The notes under the pieces: model-generated
The model's input: the letters and a program-made list of their open reading frames with translations, nothing else
What the model was told of the DNA's origin: nothing
The model's database searches: none
NCBI GenBank assembly: GCA_964016885.1
Contig: OZ024757.1
Location: forward strand, 6,386,001 to 6,450,000
Origin: Eledone cirrhosa
Lineage: Eukaryota
Length of the DNA stretch: 64,000 nt
Direction: 5' to 3'
Part shown: one piece after another, positions 14,365 through 28,990 of the stretch
Layout: each line of letters starts with the position of its first letter
Position numbering within the stretch: position 1 is the first letter of the stretch
Program-made: the position numbers and the translations under genes

Positions 14365-14530
14365 TTGTTATATATATTTTCACTTGTATATAATTACTGT
14401 ATCGTTGAAGGGTTCACATAATTATATTATTTACATTAATATAGACATTCAGTAAATCTTTGTCAACTTACTTTTTCACATATAATCAATGTGTTGTGTT
14501 AGTTTTTATTAAACAACCAAAGACAAATTC
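14365..14530 (-). other. partial copy of the ZNF 5'-UTR exon/donor block
   Basis: Homologous to ~32958-33130 (ttttcacttgtatataattactg...gtcaacttac). Confidence 0.6.
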
Positions 14531-15242
14531 ATTCTTATAGGACTTTCTAACATAGCTATCATCTCCTCTCCTGATGACATGTCAACACCAGTTTAACTTC
14601 CACCTTTATATTAGTAGGAGTCAATTCTTTCTCAATATCTTTTTCTCTCTTCTCTCTCTCCTTCTCCGGGAGGAATCAGCTGTGTTTAGACCAGGAGTCT
14701 AATGAATCCACATGAATCCATACAATATCTGATTTCACTTGAAGTTTTATTCAGATCTCAATTGTGTTCAGACCATATTGTGTTCAAATATGTGCAAGGA
14801 AGTCTTAAATCCACTAGAGTACCCCTATGACTACCCCAAAATTTACAGGTCCATATATATATATATTTATATACACATATATCCCTTTCTCTGGAAGAAA
14901 TCAAGTGTATTCAGATCTGGAAGAAGGGTGTTGTCTCCACCAGGTCTAAAATACCCAATAAATGTTATATGTCACAAAGGTACCCCTATGATTTCACAAG
15001 GATTTCCTTTCTTTGGGACGATGTCTGGGTCAACCTGTGAAATAGGGATTGAGTTACTGTATTTCAGGGAGCTGTTTTGATATTGAAAGGACATCTGTTG
15101 GTGTAGGGTTTCGTTGGTGACATAAGGTTCTAATACTGTAAAGAGCTACCTGAAACACTGTCTGGTACATGTTTTGGAGACATGATCATAAAGCCATGTA
15201 TAGAGAAACAGTCAGCAAAGTTAGGATTAACATTGACTATAT

Positions 15243-15440
15243 TGAAGAAATATATTTTTCCAATGTTGCTATATTTTCACTTGTATATAATTACTGTATC
15301 GTTGAAGGGTTCACATAATTCTATTATTTACACACATTAATATAGACATTAAGTAACTCTTTGTCAACTTACCTCCTTTAGATGTAATCTATGTGTTGTG
15401 TCAATTTTTACTAAACAACAAACAAAATAATCTCTTGTTT
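15243..15440 (-). other. second partial copy of the ZNF 5'-UTR exon/donor block
   Basis: Homologous to ~32935-33135 and retains gag|gtaagttg on -. Truncated by the adjacent Penelope-like fragment. Confidence 0.6.
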
Positions 15441-15454
15441 TTGTGTGTTCACAA

Positions 15455-15850
15455 AAACTAGATGGTGTCTGACAGAACACAGGAGAGATACTAAATAACA
15501 GCCTTGTCACTGAGGAGGTTATAGAATGTGTGACTACCTTTCCAAACACCCTAACAATAGACTACCACTATTAGACACGGAACTGTGGTTAAACACTACA
15601 GACAAGAGGGCCCAAATTCTCCACTCACACTATGCTAAACACATGGCCTCCAAATACCTGATACTAAAAACTCAACAATGTCCAATAGTGCTAAGTTTAA
15701 TATTCTCATTGCAGACTTGGTAAGAGTGATGAAGAATGTGTCCCGCATGTGTGACCCAACTGAAATGGAAAGACACATCCAACATTTTATCAACTGCATG
15801 CAGTTCTCTGGCTACAACCAAAGAGACAGAATCGGGAGCCACGGATATGT
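15455..15850 (+). mobile_element. Penelope-like retroelement RT/thumb fragment, frameshifted
   Basis: LPLLDTELW...HYAKHMASKYLI / SAKFNIL...RMCD...FSGY resembles the LPFLD..YxKP..K..R..CS..GY pattern of Penelope-like elements. Confidence 0.6.
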
Positions 15851-16067
15851 GTCGAAAGAACTTCGATAGACTATATATATATATATATATATTTACATCT
15901 GTATTTTTAACTGTTGGTCAGTCAATAATAAACTTTGATTGCCAGATAAATTAACTCTGGAGATATAAAAGACACAGAAGCGAAAACCAACCCAAACCAA
16001 ACAGTGAGTATGTTCTGTTATTATTTCTCGCAATATTATAACAATATGACCCTCCCCAAGTATAACA

Positions 16068-16098
<31 letters not shown>

Positions 16099-16102
<4 letters not shown>

Positions 16103-16382
16103 GAACTCAGAGCTGTATGGGAGCCTCCCTAAAGTCACCTCAAAAGTAACACAGATGAGACTGAGGTTAGCTGGACATACTCACCGACATTCAGAGTTGA
16201 CACTGCACTCACTGCTCCTGTGGGACACACTAGAAGATGGAGACCGAGGTTGACATATATTGATGCGCTAAGGACAGACACTGGTCTCTTGGAGACGCAG
16301 GAGATGGCAGCGATGATGAGGGAGAGAGAGAGACCGCTGGAGAGAACTCGTCCATGGATCTCGGGAAGTTTACCCGCTCTCA
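16099..16382 (+). mobile_element. LINE ORF 3'-end fragment inside a (TA)n tract
   Basis: ELYGSLPKVT / RLRLAGH / RPRLTYIDALRTDTGL, typical of RTE-group C-termini. Confidence 0.55.
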
Positions 16383-17659
16383 ATATATACATATATATAT
16401 ATATATAAAGAATATTAACTTGGATATCGAGTTTTGAAACGCCAGTGTATTAGAATTTGTAGGAAAGTAGAAAAACTCGGCGTAATGAAGCTGTTAAAAC
16501 AGTAAAATACCATCGAAGTGGTGTTGGGTAAAACATTACCTCGAAGGAAAGAAATCAGTGGCTGTGAGTTGACTTGAAGAAATGATAGGAAGAAATAGAA
16601 TGGGTACTAAAGAAGATATTTATTTCTCCATTGTTATGAGCCTCCCATTCTTTGCAGTAATCTCAGATTGAAACTGCAGGTGGTCTGAGATCTGATGAGC
16701 GTATTTTAATATGTGACCGCCTCTCACCCCGGGTGGACAAGCATTACCATTGGTAGGGTTGAAACTAGCAAGGTCCATCTCAGCAGCCGATGAACCTGGT
16801 TTTCCGTTTTTTCATTTGTATTTTCATTTTCAAATAATTATTTTTTACGGTTTCCCCTTAAAAAAATGGTTTTTCGTTTTGCCGTGTTTTCATTTGTCTG
16901 GTCCTCAATTTGTTAATTTTCTTAAGTTTATATATATGAATGTAGGTATTGTATATTCAGTAATATACTGTGTTTATCTAAAAACATGTTGAAGGCCCTG
17001 CGCTATGAATTTAAGGTATTGACAGACGTCACATACCTAGCTCCAGGCAACCTGTATGTTAATGAGTTTAAACAGCACATATCATCATCATCGATTAATG
17101 TCTATCTTCCACGCTAGCATGGGTTAGACGGGTTTGTCCAATTTAGAGGCAAGTGTCGTGCTCATATATATATAGAGAGAGAGAGAAAGAGGGAGAAGAG
17201 TAGACAGACAGACAATGACAAACAGGAAGAATCAACCTCAGTATTTCACTGGTATTTCATTTATGGACCTCAAAATATATAAGTAGCTTCACGTCAGTGG
17301 GATTTGTACTGAGAGAGCTAGAACAGACACTGAAAATATATCCAGATGTGCACACATGTATATAAAAACACATATATAAACATACACATACGTATAGACA
17401 GATACACATAATTATACACACATACATATACATACTCACATATAGATATACATATACACAAATAAAGATACATCATATTCATGGACAGAAATTTCCACAC
17501 ACATACATATACACTCATAAATATATCTGTTAGATACGCAGTGACTAACAACAGAATGGTTTAAGTTTGCGTGTCTGACATATATGCGTAGCTTGTGAAT
17601 AAAAAATTCAAGGGGTTTCACTGGCCGTGGTCATCCCTCCCAAATATATTTTGTAATGT

Positions 17660-17830
17660 ATCGTCTTACTGGCTAATTTCATCGTCTTATTGGCTAATCA
17701 ACCAATGAGAGTAATTGTTGCTCAAAAGCATCCGCTACTTTGTTTGCACACTTATTTATTGTTTCGCTTTTGAATCTTCCTCCTGTATTTCGTGGTTTAT
17801 CATCAAAATATTTTTCTCGTTTTGGTAAGT
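17660..17830 (+). promoter_or_regulatory. possible promoter and first exon (CCAAT boxes, G|GTAAGT donor at 17825)
   Basis: attggctaatcaaccaatga gives opposed CCAAT boxes, followed by a pyrimidine-rich leader, a consensus donor and very AT-rich intron-like DNA. Confidence 0.35.
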
Positions 17831-18249
17831 TATATTGTTAATTTATATATGATTTTTTAAATTTATATTAACTAATTTTTTTCATTTTGTTATAACATGC
17901 TTATAATATTGATTGTATCATATTTACTTGTATATATGTCCATATTATTGTTCGTTTTATGTTAGATTATTTTTTATTATTATGTTAGACTATTTGTGTG
18001 CAATATTTAATTTTGATTAATTCAACTATAACAATTATTATGTAAAATATATTTATTTAATATTGATTGTTTTTTGTAGTTGTTTATATTAAAAGTCTGA
18101 AAATATTTTAATACATCTTACAATAATATTTATAACATAATTTATAAAATAACAATTATATAATATAATTACATTACAACTATAATTTATTATTAATATA
18201 TATCATGTTTAACTAGAGTTATTACAAGCGTTGCCTTAAAAATTATTAA

Positions 18250-18696
18250 ACTAGACGTGAAAAATGCGCAAGCTCAAAAGAGCCACAGAATGTTATAATA
18301 AACCTTCAAAAGTGTGAGACTAGAGTTGTTGCTCAAAAATATTGTAACCATTATCTATCGTACACTCTGTGGCATCCTTTTATAAAAAAGAGACTCATAA
18401 CGAACTTAAGACGACACGATAGTTATTTAAGTGAATTTATAATATAGAATTCGGTTTAAGTGCATTTCGTATTAATCATTACTAAACATCTAATATGAGA
18501 TATTGAACATTAGCTTAAATAATTATTGTGTCGTCTTGAATTCGTTATGAGTCTCTTTTTTTATAAAAGGATGCCACAGAGTGTACGATAGATAATGATT
18601 ACAATATTTTTGAGCAACAACTCTAGTCCCACACTTTTGAAGGTTTATTATAACATTCTGTGGCCCTTTTGAGCTTGCGCATTTTTCAGGTCTAGT
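18250..18696. mobile_element. foldback MITE with ~185-bp inverted arms
   Basis: actagacgtgaaaaatgcgcaagctcaaaag... vs ...cttttgagcttgcgcatttttcaggtctagt, with a ~80-bp spacer. Confidence 0.85.
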
Positions 18697-18946
18697 ATAT
18701 ATATTCTTTGCTTAAACTTTAATCTGTTATTTTAATAAATCTTTCTTCTATGGTTTTTATGTATTTGATATATATTTATCCTTATCGAGCCCTCTTCGGA
18801 TTTTATTCTTCCCATTTATTATTATTATTACTATATATATATATATAGTGTTTGTACATTCTGTATCATACAGTTTTGTCAGCACAAGTCTTGGTTACAA
18901 CTTCTACAAATAAAATTAAAGGAGAATAAGTTCAGAATAAACACGT

Positions 18947-19761
18947 TTTATTCAAAACATTAACAATATTGGTGGCATTATTTTGGGTGAGTGATATGGT
19001 TTTTATCTTGTCTGAATGTGTTTGTGATGCATTAAGTAACCTTTACAAGAGCATGATTTACCACATACATAACAGTGATATGGTTCCTCTCCTGTATATG
19101 TTAGTGTCTAGTGAAGCCACAACATTTAGAAAATAATTTACCACAGACATCACAGTGATATGGTTCTTTTCCGGTACGTAGATGTTCATGTATAGAGATG
19201 CCACAACATTTAGAGTATGATTTATCATAGACATCACAGTGATGTGGTTCCTCTCCTGTATATGTTAGTGTGTAGTGAAGCCACAACATTTAGAGTATGA
19301 TTTGTCACAGACATTACACTGATGTGGTTCCTTTTCTGTATATGTTAGCGCAGAGTGAATGACTTATTTCAGAGAATGATTTCCCAGATATCGCAGTGAT
19401 ATGGTTTCTCTCCTGTATGTATATGTTTGTGTTTAGTTAAGTGAGCTTTCATAGTTAATAATTTACCACAAATATTACAGTGATATGGCTTTTCTCCAGT
19501 ATATATATGTTTGTATGTAAATGTAGCAATGAAAGGGAATAATTTCTCCCCAATATCATAGTGGTATGGCTTCTCACTCATATGAATGGATTTGTGTGTA
19601 ATTAATTCACCATTTTGAGACAATGAGATATGACTTTGTTATGGTTTCTCACCTGTATGGGTATATTTGTGACTAGTTAAGCTACTTCATACAGAGAATG
19701 ATTTACCACAGATATCACAGTGATATGACTTCTTACCTGTATGCATACGTTTGTGACTAGT
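18947..19761 (-). other. ZNF2 3' region of decayed fingers with AATAAA
   Basis: Finger remnants in shifting frames (ORFs 19101-19289, 19369-19623) downstream of the stop. Confidence 0.75.
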
Positions 19762-20868
<1,107 letters not shown>

Positions 20869-21188
20869 TTATATGTTATATTCATAAAAATATTTCTTCT
20901 GCTATATTTCCCCCAACTGTGACCTCAGTCAAGATCTGAAGATGATGCAAACTTCTTTATGATCCAAGTTTAATTAAGATTCAAAATCATCTTGTAAATA
21001 TGGTGACGAAATGATATTTTTCCAAGAAACACAGTTCTGAGGAAATATTTCACAGTAATTCTGCCATAGATTTATATAAACAGTGTTATATGAGTTCTGT
21101 ATCAAAAGATTTAGTCTTGGAATAATGATAAATAGAGGGGATGTATTCAAGATTAAAAATTAAATATATCCCAATGTCATCTGGTATT

Positions 21189-21214
21189 CTGAAATAAGAA
21201 AGAAACAGTATGAG
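21189..21214 (-). promoter_or_regulatory. splice acceptor of the ZNF2 coding exon
   Basis: ctgaaataagaaagaaacagtatgag is the reverse complement of the ZNF1 acceptor. Confidence 0.7.
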
Positions 21215-21936
21215 ATAATAGAGAATACTTTAGAAGCAGAGATAGATTTAACATTGGAAATGTATATTTCTATATTGATAAATTGTAGATATCAACTTTC
21301 CTGTCCAGAGTTATTCTCTCCAATGTGAGCAGTGGTATTCCAGCAAGCTCTGTAAATTTTATCTTTCTAACTCTTGGGAGGTCTGCCCTATAGCCTTTAC
21401 CCAGGAACTTCATTCTTATATGACATTCTAACATGGAATTGTCTGAGACCTGAGATGTGTAACTTGACAGTTCCTTGAGTAACAGTTCTTTCTACCTGGA
21501 AGGGGAAATGCTGTGCAATTGCTTGATAAGAGTCAAAGGATTCTCACACATGGCTACCCTAGGCACCCCACCAACATGACTTGTGTTAGTCCTGTAGACA
21601 CAATTAGTGGGAACTTTATTTGCAGGGCTTTTCGTAATTTTGGGTTTTTTTTTCTTTTCTGGTTGGATGCCCTTCCTCTCATCAACCCCTTTACAGCAAG
21701 GACTGGGTGTATTGTTTGTGGTACTAGAGAGATTATTTTACTGGACTTAAGAGCTCTCTACCCTGTATCAGTTTCTATTACGAGTGTCTACAATGATGAT
21801 GAAATATACATATATATAAATATATATACAAATATATACGTGTATATATGTATACACATATATATATAAATACATAAATATATATATATGTATATATATA
21901 TATGTATATACACATATATATATAAATACATACATA

Positions 21937-24900
21937 TCATCATCATCATCATCATCGTTTAACGTCCATGTTCCACGCTTGCATGGGTTTGGACGGGAGT
22001 TTTCCCACTTGAGGCAAGAGTGGTTGTCTTGCTCGCATAGGACTGTCTGGCAGGTTTTCTACAGTTGGATGCCCTTCCTAACACCAACCACATTTACAGT
22101 GTGGGACTGGGAGGTTTTTACCGTGTTGCCTACACGGCCACATTACAGCGTGGACCGTGTGTTTTTTTGTCTGACACCTACACGATCTCATTTGTTTCGG
22201 CCTGGATGTTGTGGCACCAACATAACTTTACATAGAAGGGGGCGGTGTGGATGGGGTGGGGGTGGTGGGACGGGGTGGGGGTGGTGGGACGGGGGTGTAT
22301 TTTGTTAGAGATGCCTACTGACTGTAGTAGGTTTTACTTTGTATTTAGGTAAGGCGGGTCTTCTCTATTACTAAGTACCGCCAAAGGTCTCGGTCCAGTG
22401 ACATTGTCTTGGTGAGGTGTAAGTGTGTGAGGTCGGAGTTTATCAGCTCGTCCCAGGTTTTTCTGGGTCTGCCTATTCCGTGGCTACCGTCTATCTTTAT
22501 TGCCCTGCACTTTGTTATACAGCTATCGTCCTTCATGCGCATCACGTGACCATACCAGCGTAGCCTTCTCTCTAGTAAACAACATCTGATCCCTCTTATT
22601 TCTAATTTTTTCCTTAGTTCGTTTATGCTTTGTCGTTCACGTGTATTACTATTACACATCCAGCGGAGCATGCAAGCTTCGTTTCTCTCTAGTCTGCGTA
22701 TATCCTCTGCACACAATGCCCAGGTCTCACTGCCATGCAACATTGCTGTTCGTATGCAGGCATCGTATAACCTGCCTTTCATTTTTAGGGAGAACCCTTC
22801 AGCGGCTAATAGTGGTATAAGCTCTCTAGCTACTGTACTTTCAGAGCACCCTCCCCCACTGCTGATTTTGTCAACCAGGTAACGGAAGCTGTCCACTATT
22901 TCTATAGAACCCTCTGCGCAGTTGAAAGAGCTAGTATTTTGTGGGCACTTGCTGCTACTTATTGCCCCAGAACACCGGCCGCATGTAAAATCTATGTTCT
23001 TAGTTAGCTTACCTGTGATCCCACTACATCTTTTATGAACCCAAACTTTGCATTTGGGACACAAAATGGAATTTCTACCTACGCCTTTCCTACACTCTGC
23101 GCATGGCCACTTCCCGGAGGGGACCGCCGCCTTATTTTCTTTCTTACAAACTAGAACTTTAGTCTTAGCCAGGTTAATTTTAAGGCCTTTTGATTCTAGG
23201 CCGTGCTTCCATGTTTGGAATTTCTTCTCTAGCTCGGCCATTGATTCAGCTATGAGCTTTAGATCGTCTGCGTATAGGAGTTCCCATGGGCAGCCGGTCT
23301 TGAACTCCACTGTTATAGCCTGGAGGGCAATAATAAATAGTAGGGGGCTAAGAATAGAGCCCTGATGAACACCAACTTTTACACTAAACTCTTCACTATA
23401 TTCGTTGTTAATTCTAACCTTGCTGACTGTTTCTTTATACATGGCTTGTATAGCTCTCACAAGCCATTCATCAACACCTAGTTTTCTAAGAGCCCACTAG
23501 ATAATGGAACGGGGGACTCTGTCGAAGGCCTTCTCCAAGTCGACGAAAGCTAAGTATAGGGGTTTACTTTTAGCTAGGTACTTCTCCTGTAGTTGTCGTA
23601 CAATGAAAAGAGCGTCTGTGGTACTTTTTCCTGACACAAACCCGAACTGCATTTCATCTAGATCAATTTGCTCTCTGATTAGTTGCGCTATTACTTTTTC
23701 CGTGACCTTCATGACCTGGTCGATTAATTTAATGCCTCTATAGTTACTCCTATCTAGGGCATCTCCTTTACCCTTATAACAGTTAACGATAATGCTGCTA
23801 CGCCAGTCCTTCGGAACAACCCCATTATGTATGACTTGGTTGACTATCCGGGTGACCATGGTGTGTCCCACCGTACCAGATGCCTTCAGCATCTCGGCAA
23901 CTATTTCCGAAGACCCAGCCGCCTTGCCTGTCTTCATATCTTTGATTGCCTTACTTATTATACTACCCTCGACTAACACTGCTGGTCCCTCTATTGGGTC
24001 GATGTGGGGGAGACTGTCTTTCTCCCATTTATTCTCCTCATTTAGTAGCCTTTCATAGTGACACTTCCAAGCTACCTTCTTATCGGCGTCGGTGATGGCA
24101 AGTACGCCGTCATCGTTAAGTACACACTTCTCCCCGACAATATCACTGTTTTCCTTGACACTTTGCCTAGCAATCCTGAACACCTCACGTTTTTGGTCCT
24201 CACGTTGTAGAACATGCTTGAACTTTCTTTCCTCTGCTTCCCTTCTTGCGAAGTACACTTGTCTCCTAGCCACTTGATAGTCTTCTCTTCTTCCCCCATC
24301 CCGCCATACTTTCCAAGCCTGCTTTTTGGCCTTAATTGACCCCTCCACCTTACTGTTCCACCACCATGTTACTCTCCTCCTGCCTACAGGCCTGCTCCAG
24401 CCACAGACTTCGTCTGTTGCCGTCAGCAGGTTTGCTTTCAGGAATTCCCACTGTTCCTCTACCTTGTACGACTCTATTTGCTCTTCCTTACTGTCGAAAG
24501 CATCAAGTAATATGCTTTGGAATTTATTTTTGGTTGTGGGGTCCTTTAGCTTCCATATTTTTCTCCTGAGGGTAGTCCTCTTCTGTTGCCTAGTACGTCT
24601 CGTCCTGACTATTAGGTCGCTAATTATCAGTCTATGTTGGGAGGTGCATTCTTCATGGGGGAGGGATTTAGTGTTTACAACAGTCACTTTGTCACGTCTT
24701 CTGGTAAGGATATAATCTACCTGGCTGGTATGTTCCCCCGATCTATAGGTGATAAAGTGATTGTCTCATTTTTTGAAGTTAGTGTTGCAGATATTTAGGT
24801 TATTTGCGTCACAGAATTCCAGGATTCTGGAGCCTTCCTCATTTCTAGTACCGAACCCATAGCCTCCATGGATTTCGTCGTAGCCGTCACAATGTTGTCC

Positions 24901-25562
24901 AACATGACCGTTTAGGTCACCTGCAATAATTATATAGTCACTGTCTGTTATTTGGGAGGTAGTGAGCATCAGTGTCTCATAGAATCTGTCTTTTATAGTG
25001 CTTGGCAGTCCGGATTGGGGTGCGTACGCGGATATTACTGTCACCATGGTTCTATTGAGGACAAGTCTTATTTTAATTATTCTGTCGTTCACTCTATTTA
25101 CGTCTATTATCTGCCCACTTTTCTGCTACCATGATTCCTACTCCACCCAGCCCATCGTCATTTCCCACCCAGAAAAGCTTATAGCATCGTTTTCTACCCA
25201 CAATGTATCTAGCAGACCCACCCCTCCATCTGGTCTCTTGAATACAACAAACATCGACTTCCTTACGTTCAAGCATTTCTACAACCTCGTTAGAGCGACC
25301 CTTTAAGGTGCCTACATTCAAGGTACCAAATCTGAAGTTTTGGATTGCGTTTGGGGGGGTGGGAAAGGTGGGGAGCGGGGGGAGATGGGGTTATGTTAGC
25401 CATCCGCGGCCGAAACAAAGAGGCATGTTCGCATTCTCGTCCACGAGGTGTGTTTGTCTTTAACTTTGGCATTGTCGCTGAGCGTCCAGATCTTTCTCTC
25501 TTCAACTCTCCGGAACTCCGTAGTCCTTCCATCCTACATACCGAAGGCGACCAGGTAAGCGA
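21937..25562 (-). mobile_element. near full-length RTE-clade LINE (APE endonuclease + RT), disabled
   Basis: NVGTL, CIQETRW, SAYAPQ, GDLNGHVG, QVDYIL, NYRGIKL, FVDLEKAFD, GVHQGSILSP and LYADD motifs. TGG>TAG at 23497, frameshifts near 24766 and 25093. 3' UTR and (GAT)n tail present. Confidence 0.95.
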
Positions 25563-25571
25563 TAGTATATA

Positions 25572-25624
<53 letters not shown>

Positions 25625-26019
25625 CCATCTAATCTCTCTTCGCGGCCGAATTGTTGATTTGAGAATGTAAGCAAACCACTATTGTCTGTCTTTCCATTTT
25701 TTGTAGTCCATTTGACCAGTGTCATTTAATCTGTCATTTATGTCTGTTTAGAATCTAATCTCTCTTTTTTTCTCTCGGAATTTCTATTAATATTTCACAC
25801 GTTTTTAATAATATGCCTCATTCTGTTTGACTCTTCCTTAAAACTAACCTTATCCTAAAGTTATCCATTTCCTGCCCTCTCACACCTGCACACCACCATT
25901 GCTATTTGGTCCAATCATAACTCACCGGTTTATAGTAAGTTCTCTTACCAATCTGTATAGCAAAGCCACCACCTCTGTTATTACTCCTTAAGTTTAGACC
26001 TGGTTGTTTTTCGGTTTGC

Positions 26020-27875
26020 TAAGTGGACTGCGGAATTTGGAAAGTCTGAACACTCAATGACAATGTCGCAGATAAAAATAAATTCACCCCCCGCTGCAAG
26101 ACGAGAATGCAAGGACCCCTCTTTATTTCAGACATGGATGACCAACATAATTCCATCTCCCACACACCTCCCTGCCCCTCCAACCCATCAATTCCACTCA
26201 CCCAACTTTAGAGTTGGTACCATGAATGTAGGCACATTGAAAGGTAATTCAAATGAGGTTGTAGAGATAATTGAACGTAAGGAAGTTGATGTTTGTTGTG
26301 TTCAAGAGACTAGGTGCAGGGGTGGGTCTGCTAGATTCATTGTGGGTAAAAAACGATGCTATAAACTTTTCTGGGTGGGAAATGACAACGGACTGGGTGG
26401 AGTAGGAATTATGTTAGCAGAGAAATGGGTAGATAAGGTAATTGCCATAAATAGAGTGAATGACAGAATAATTAAAATAAGACTAGTTCTAAATAGAACA
26501 ACTATGACTATAATATCCACTTATGCACCCCAATCTGGCCTACCTGACGTAATAAAAGACAGGTTCTATGAGTCGCTAATGCACACTACTTCCCAAATAA
26601 CCGATAGCGACTACTCAATTGTTGCTGGTGACCTAAATGGTCATGTTGAACAACATAGTGATGGCTATGATGGAATCCATGGAGGCTATGGTTTGGTACT
26701 AGAAATGAGGAAGGCTTCAAAATCCTGTGACGCTAATAACATGTCTGTAACACAAACTTCAAAAAACGAGACAGTCACTTGATCACCTGTAGATCAGGGG
26801 AACACACCAGCCAGGTAGATTATAACCTTACTAGAAGACATGACAAAGTGCTGTTGTAAACACTAAGTCACTCCCCCATGAAGAATTCACCTCCCAACAT
26901 AGCTTAGTAGTTAGTGACCTCACAGTCAGGACTAGACGTACTCGACAACAGAGGAGGACTACCTTGAGGAGAAGAATACGGAAGTTGAAAGACCCCACAG
27001 CCAGTGATAAATTTAAAAGTTTATTACTTGATGATTTTGACAGTAAGGAAGAGCAATTAGAGATGCACAATATAGCGGAACAGTAGGAATTTATGAAAGT
27101 TAACCTGTTGAAGGCGACAGATGAAATCTGTGGCTGGAGTAGACCTATAGGCAGGAGGAGAGTAACTTGGTGGTGGAACAGTAAGGTGGAGGAGTCAATC
27201 AAGGCCAAAAAGCAGGCTTGGAAAGCATGGCAGGATGGGGGAAGTAGAGAACACTATTAAGTGGCCAGGAGGGAAACTAGGAGACAAGTGTACTTTGCAA
27301 GAAGGGAAGCAGAAGAAAGAAAATTCAAGCATGTTCTACAATGTGAGGACCAACAACGTGAGGTGTTCAGGATTGCAAGACAGTGTGTCAAGGAAAACCG
27401 TGATATTGTCGGGGAGAAGTGTGTCCGTAATGATGATGGTGTACTTGCCCTCACTGATACTAACAAGGTATCTTGGAAGTGTCACTACGAGAGACTACTA
27501 AATGAGGAGAATAAATGGGAAAAAGATAGTCTGCCCCAAATCGATCCAATAGGGGACCAGCGGTGCAATCAAAGATATGAAGACAGGAAAGGCAGCGGGC
27601 CTTCGGAGATAGTTGCTGAGATTTTGAAAGCATCTGGAATGGTGGAACATACAATGGTCACCCGGATAGTAAACCAAGTAATACAGAATGGGGTCATACC
27701 AAAGGACTGGTGCAGCAGTATCATCGTTAACTGCTCTACCAAACTATAGAGGCATTAAGGTAGTTGACCAGGTCATGAAGGTCACAGAAAGAGTTATAGC
27801 AGAACTAATCAGAGATCGAATTGATCTAGATAAAATGCAGTTTGGGTTCGTGCCAGGTAAAAGTACCACCGCTAA
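26020..27875 (+). mobile_element. 5' half of a related RTE LINE, degenerate
   Basis: Endonuclease ORF 26057-26782 and fragments to QFGFVPGKSTT, with multiple stops and frameshifts. Confidence 0.9.
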
Positions 27876-27884
27876 CTCGAAGTA

Positions 27885-28190
27885 GCTAGTCAACAAATTG
27901 ATGTAGTGATAATTCCTGTCACAATCTTTATTACTCGATATTCAATGTAGCAACAAGTGAATATTGTTATTGTAAAATAAACATTGTCGACATCACAATT
28001 CTGACATTATTCTTTTTATCATTCATCCACAAAAGAATACATTTATCCACTACATATGCAACAAACAAAAGGGGTCCAAGAACAGATCCCTGTGGTACAC
28101 CAGATGACATCTCGTACAGTGAAGAATGCTGTCCTAGAACCGTGACTACCTCTCTTCAACTGAGAGTGAAGGATTTCAACCAGTTAAAAA
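27885..28190 (-). mobile_element. CR1/L2-type RT fragment
   Basis: On -: NWLKSF...SSGVPQGSVLGPLLFVAY. Confidence 0.7.
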
Positions 28191-28990
28191 CTATACACCA
28201 TGTACAGTATATATACACTATATATATATTATATATACACTATATACAGTATATATACACTATATATATATATACACCATGTACAGTATATATACACTAT
28301 ATATATATTATATATACACTGTGTACAGTATATATACACTATATATATATTATATATACACTATGTACAATATATATACACTATATATATATTATATATA
28401 CACTATGTACAGTATATATACACTATATATATATTATATATACACTATGTACAGTATATATACTCTATATATATATTATATATACACTATGTACAGTATA
28501 TATACACTATATATATATTATATATACACCATGTACAGTATATATACACTATATTATATTATATATACACTATGTACAGTATATATACACTATATATATA
28601 TTATATATACACTATATATATATTATATATACACTATGTACAATATATATACACTATATATATATTATATATACACTATGTACAGTATATATACACTATA
28701 TATATATTATATATACACTATGTACAGTATATATATACACTATATATATATTATATATACACCATGTACAGTACATATACACTATATATACACACCATAT
28801 ATGATGTTGTCCAAGAGAAAGGCAATGGCTGATACAGCTTGGCACCAGTGACGTCACAACATATATACACTATATATATACACTATACACAGTATATATA
28901 CCCTATATATATATTATATATATACTATGTACAGTATATATGTTGTCCAAGAGAAAGGCAATGGACGATACAACTTGGAACCAGTAACAA
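28190..28990 (-). repeat. TA-rich ~38-bp minisatellite with SINE-derived cores
   Basis: (tatacactatgtacagtatatatacactatatatatattata)n, then ttgtccaagagaaaggcaatggctgatacagcttggcaccagtg cores. Confidence 0.9.

Noticed and set aside
14560-15235. 113-aa ORF region as a retroelement or gene fragment
   Set aside because: No motif I can identify, and it is interrupted by a TA tract.
16660-16710. gaaac...gtc...ctgatga hammerhead-like word order
   Set aside because: Stems I and II cannot be formed convincingly.
22625-25306. Plus-strand ORFs overlapping the RTE, and antisense or alternative-frame ORFs over the ZNF genes
   Set aside because: Shadow frames of the true coding strand with no independent features.
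21937-27875. Head-to-head RTE pair as one bidirectional element
   Set aside because: The copies differ in decay, are separated by unrelated DNA and share no TSD. Independent insertions are simpler.
28142-28851. 190-220 aa Tyr/Ile-rich ORFs in three frames, and similar ORFs at 11.5, 30.5, 34.5 and 43 kb
   Set aside because: These are translations of TA/CA microsatellites that happen to lack stops.
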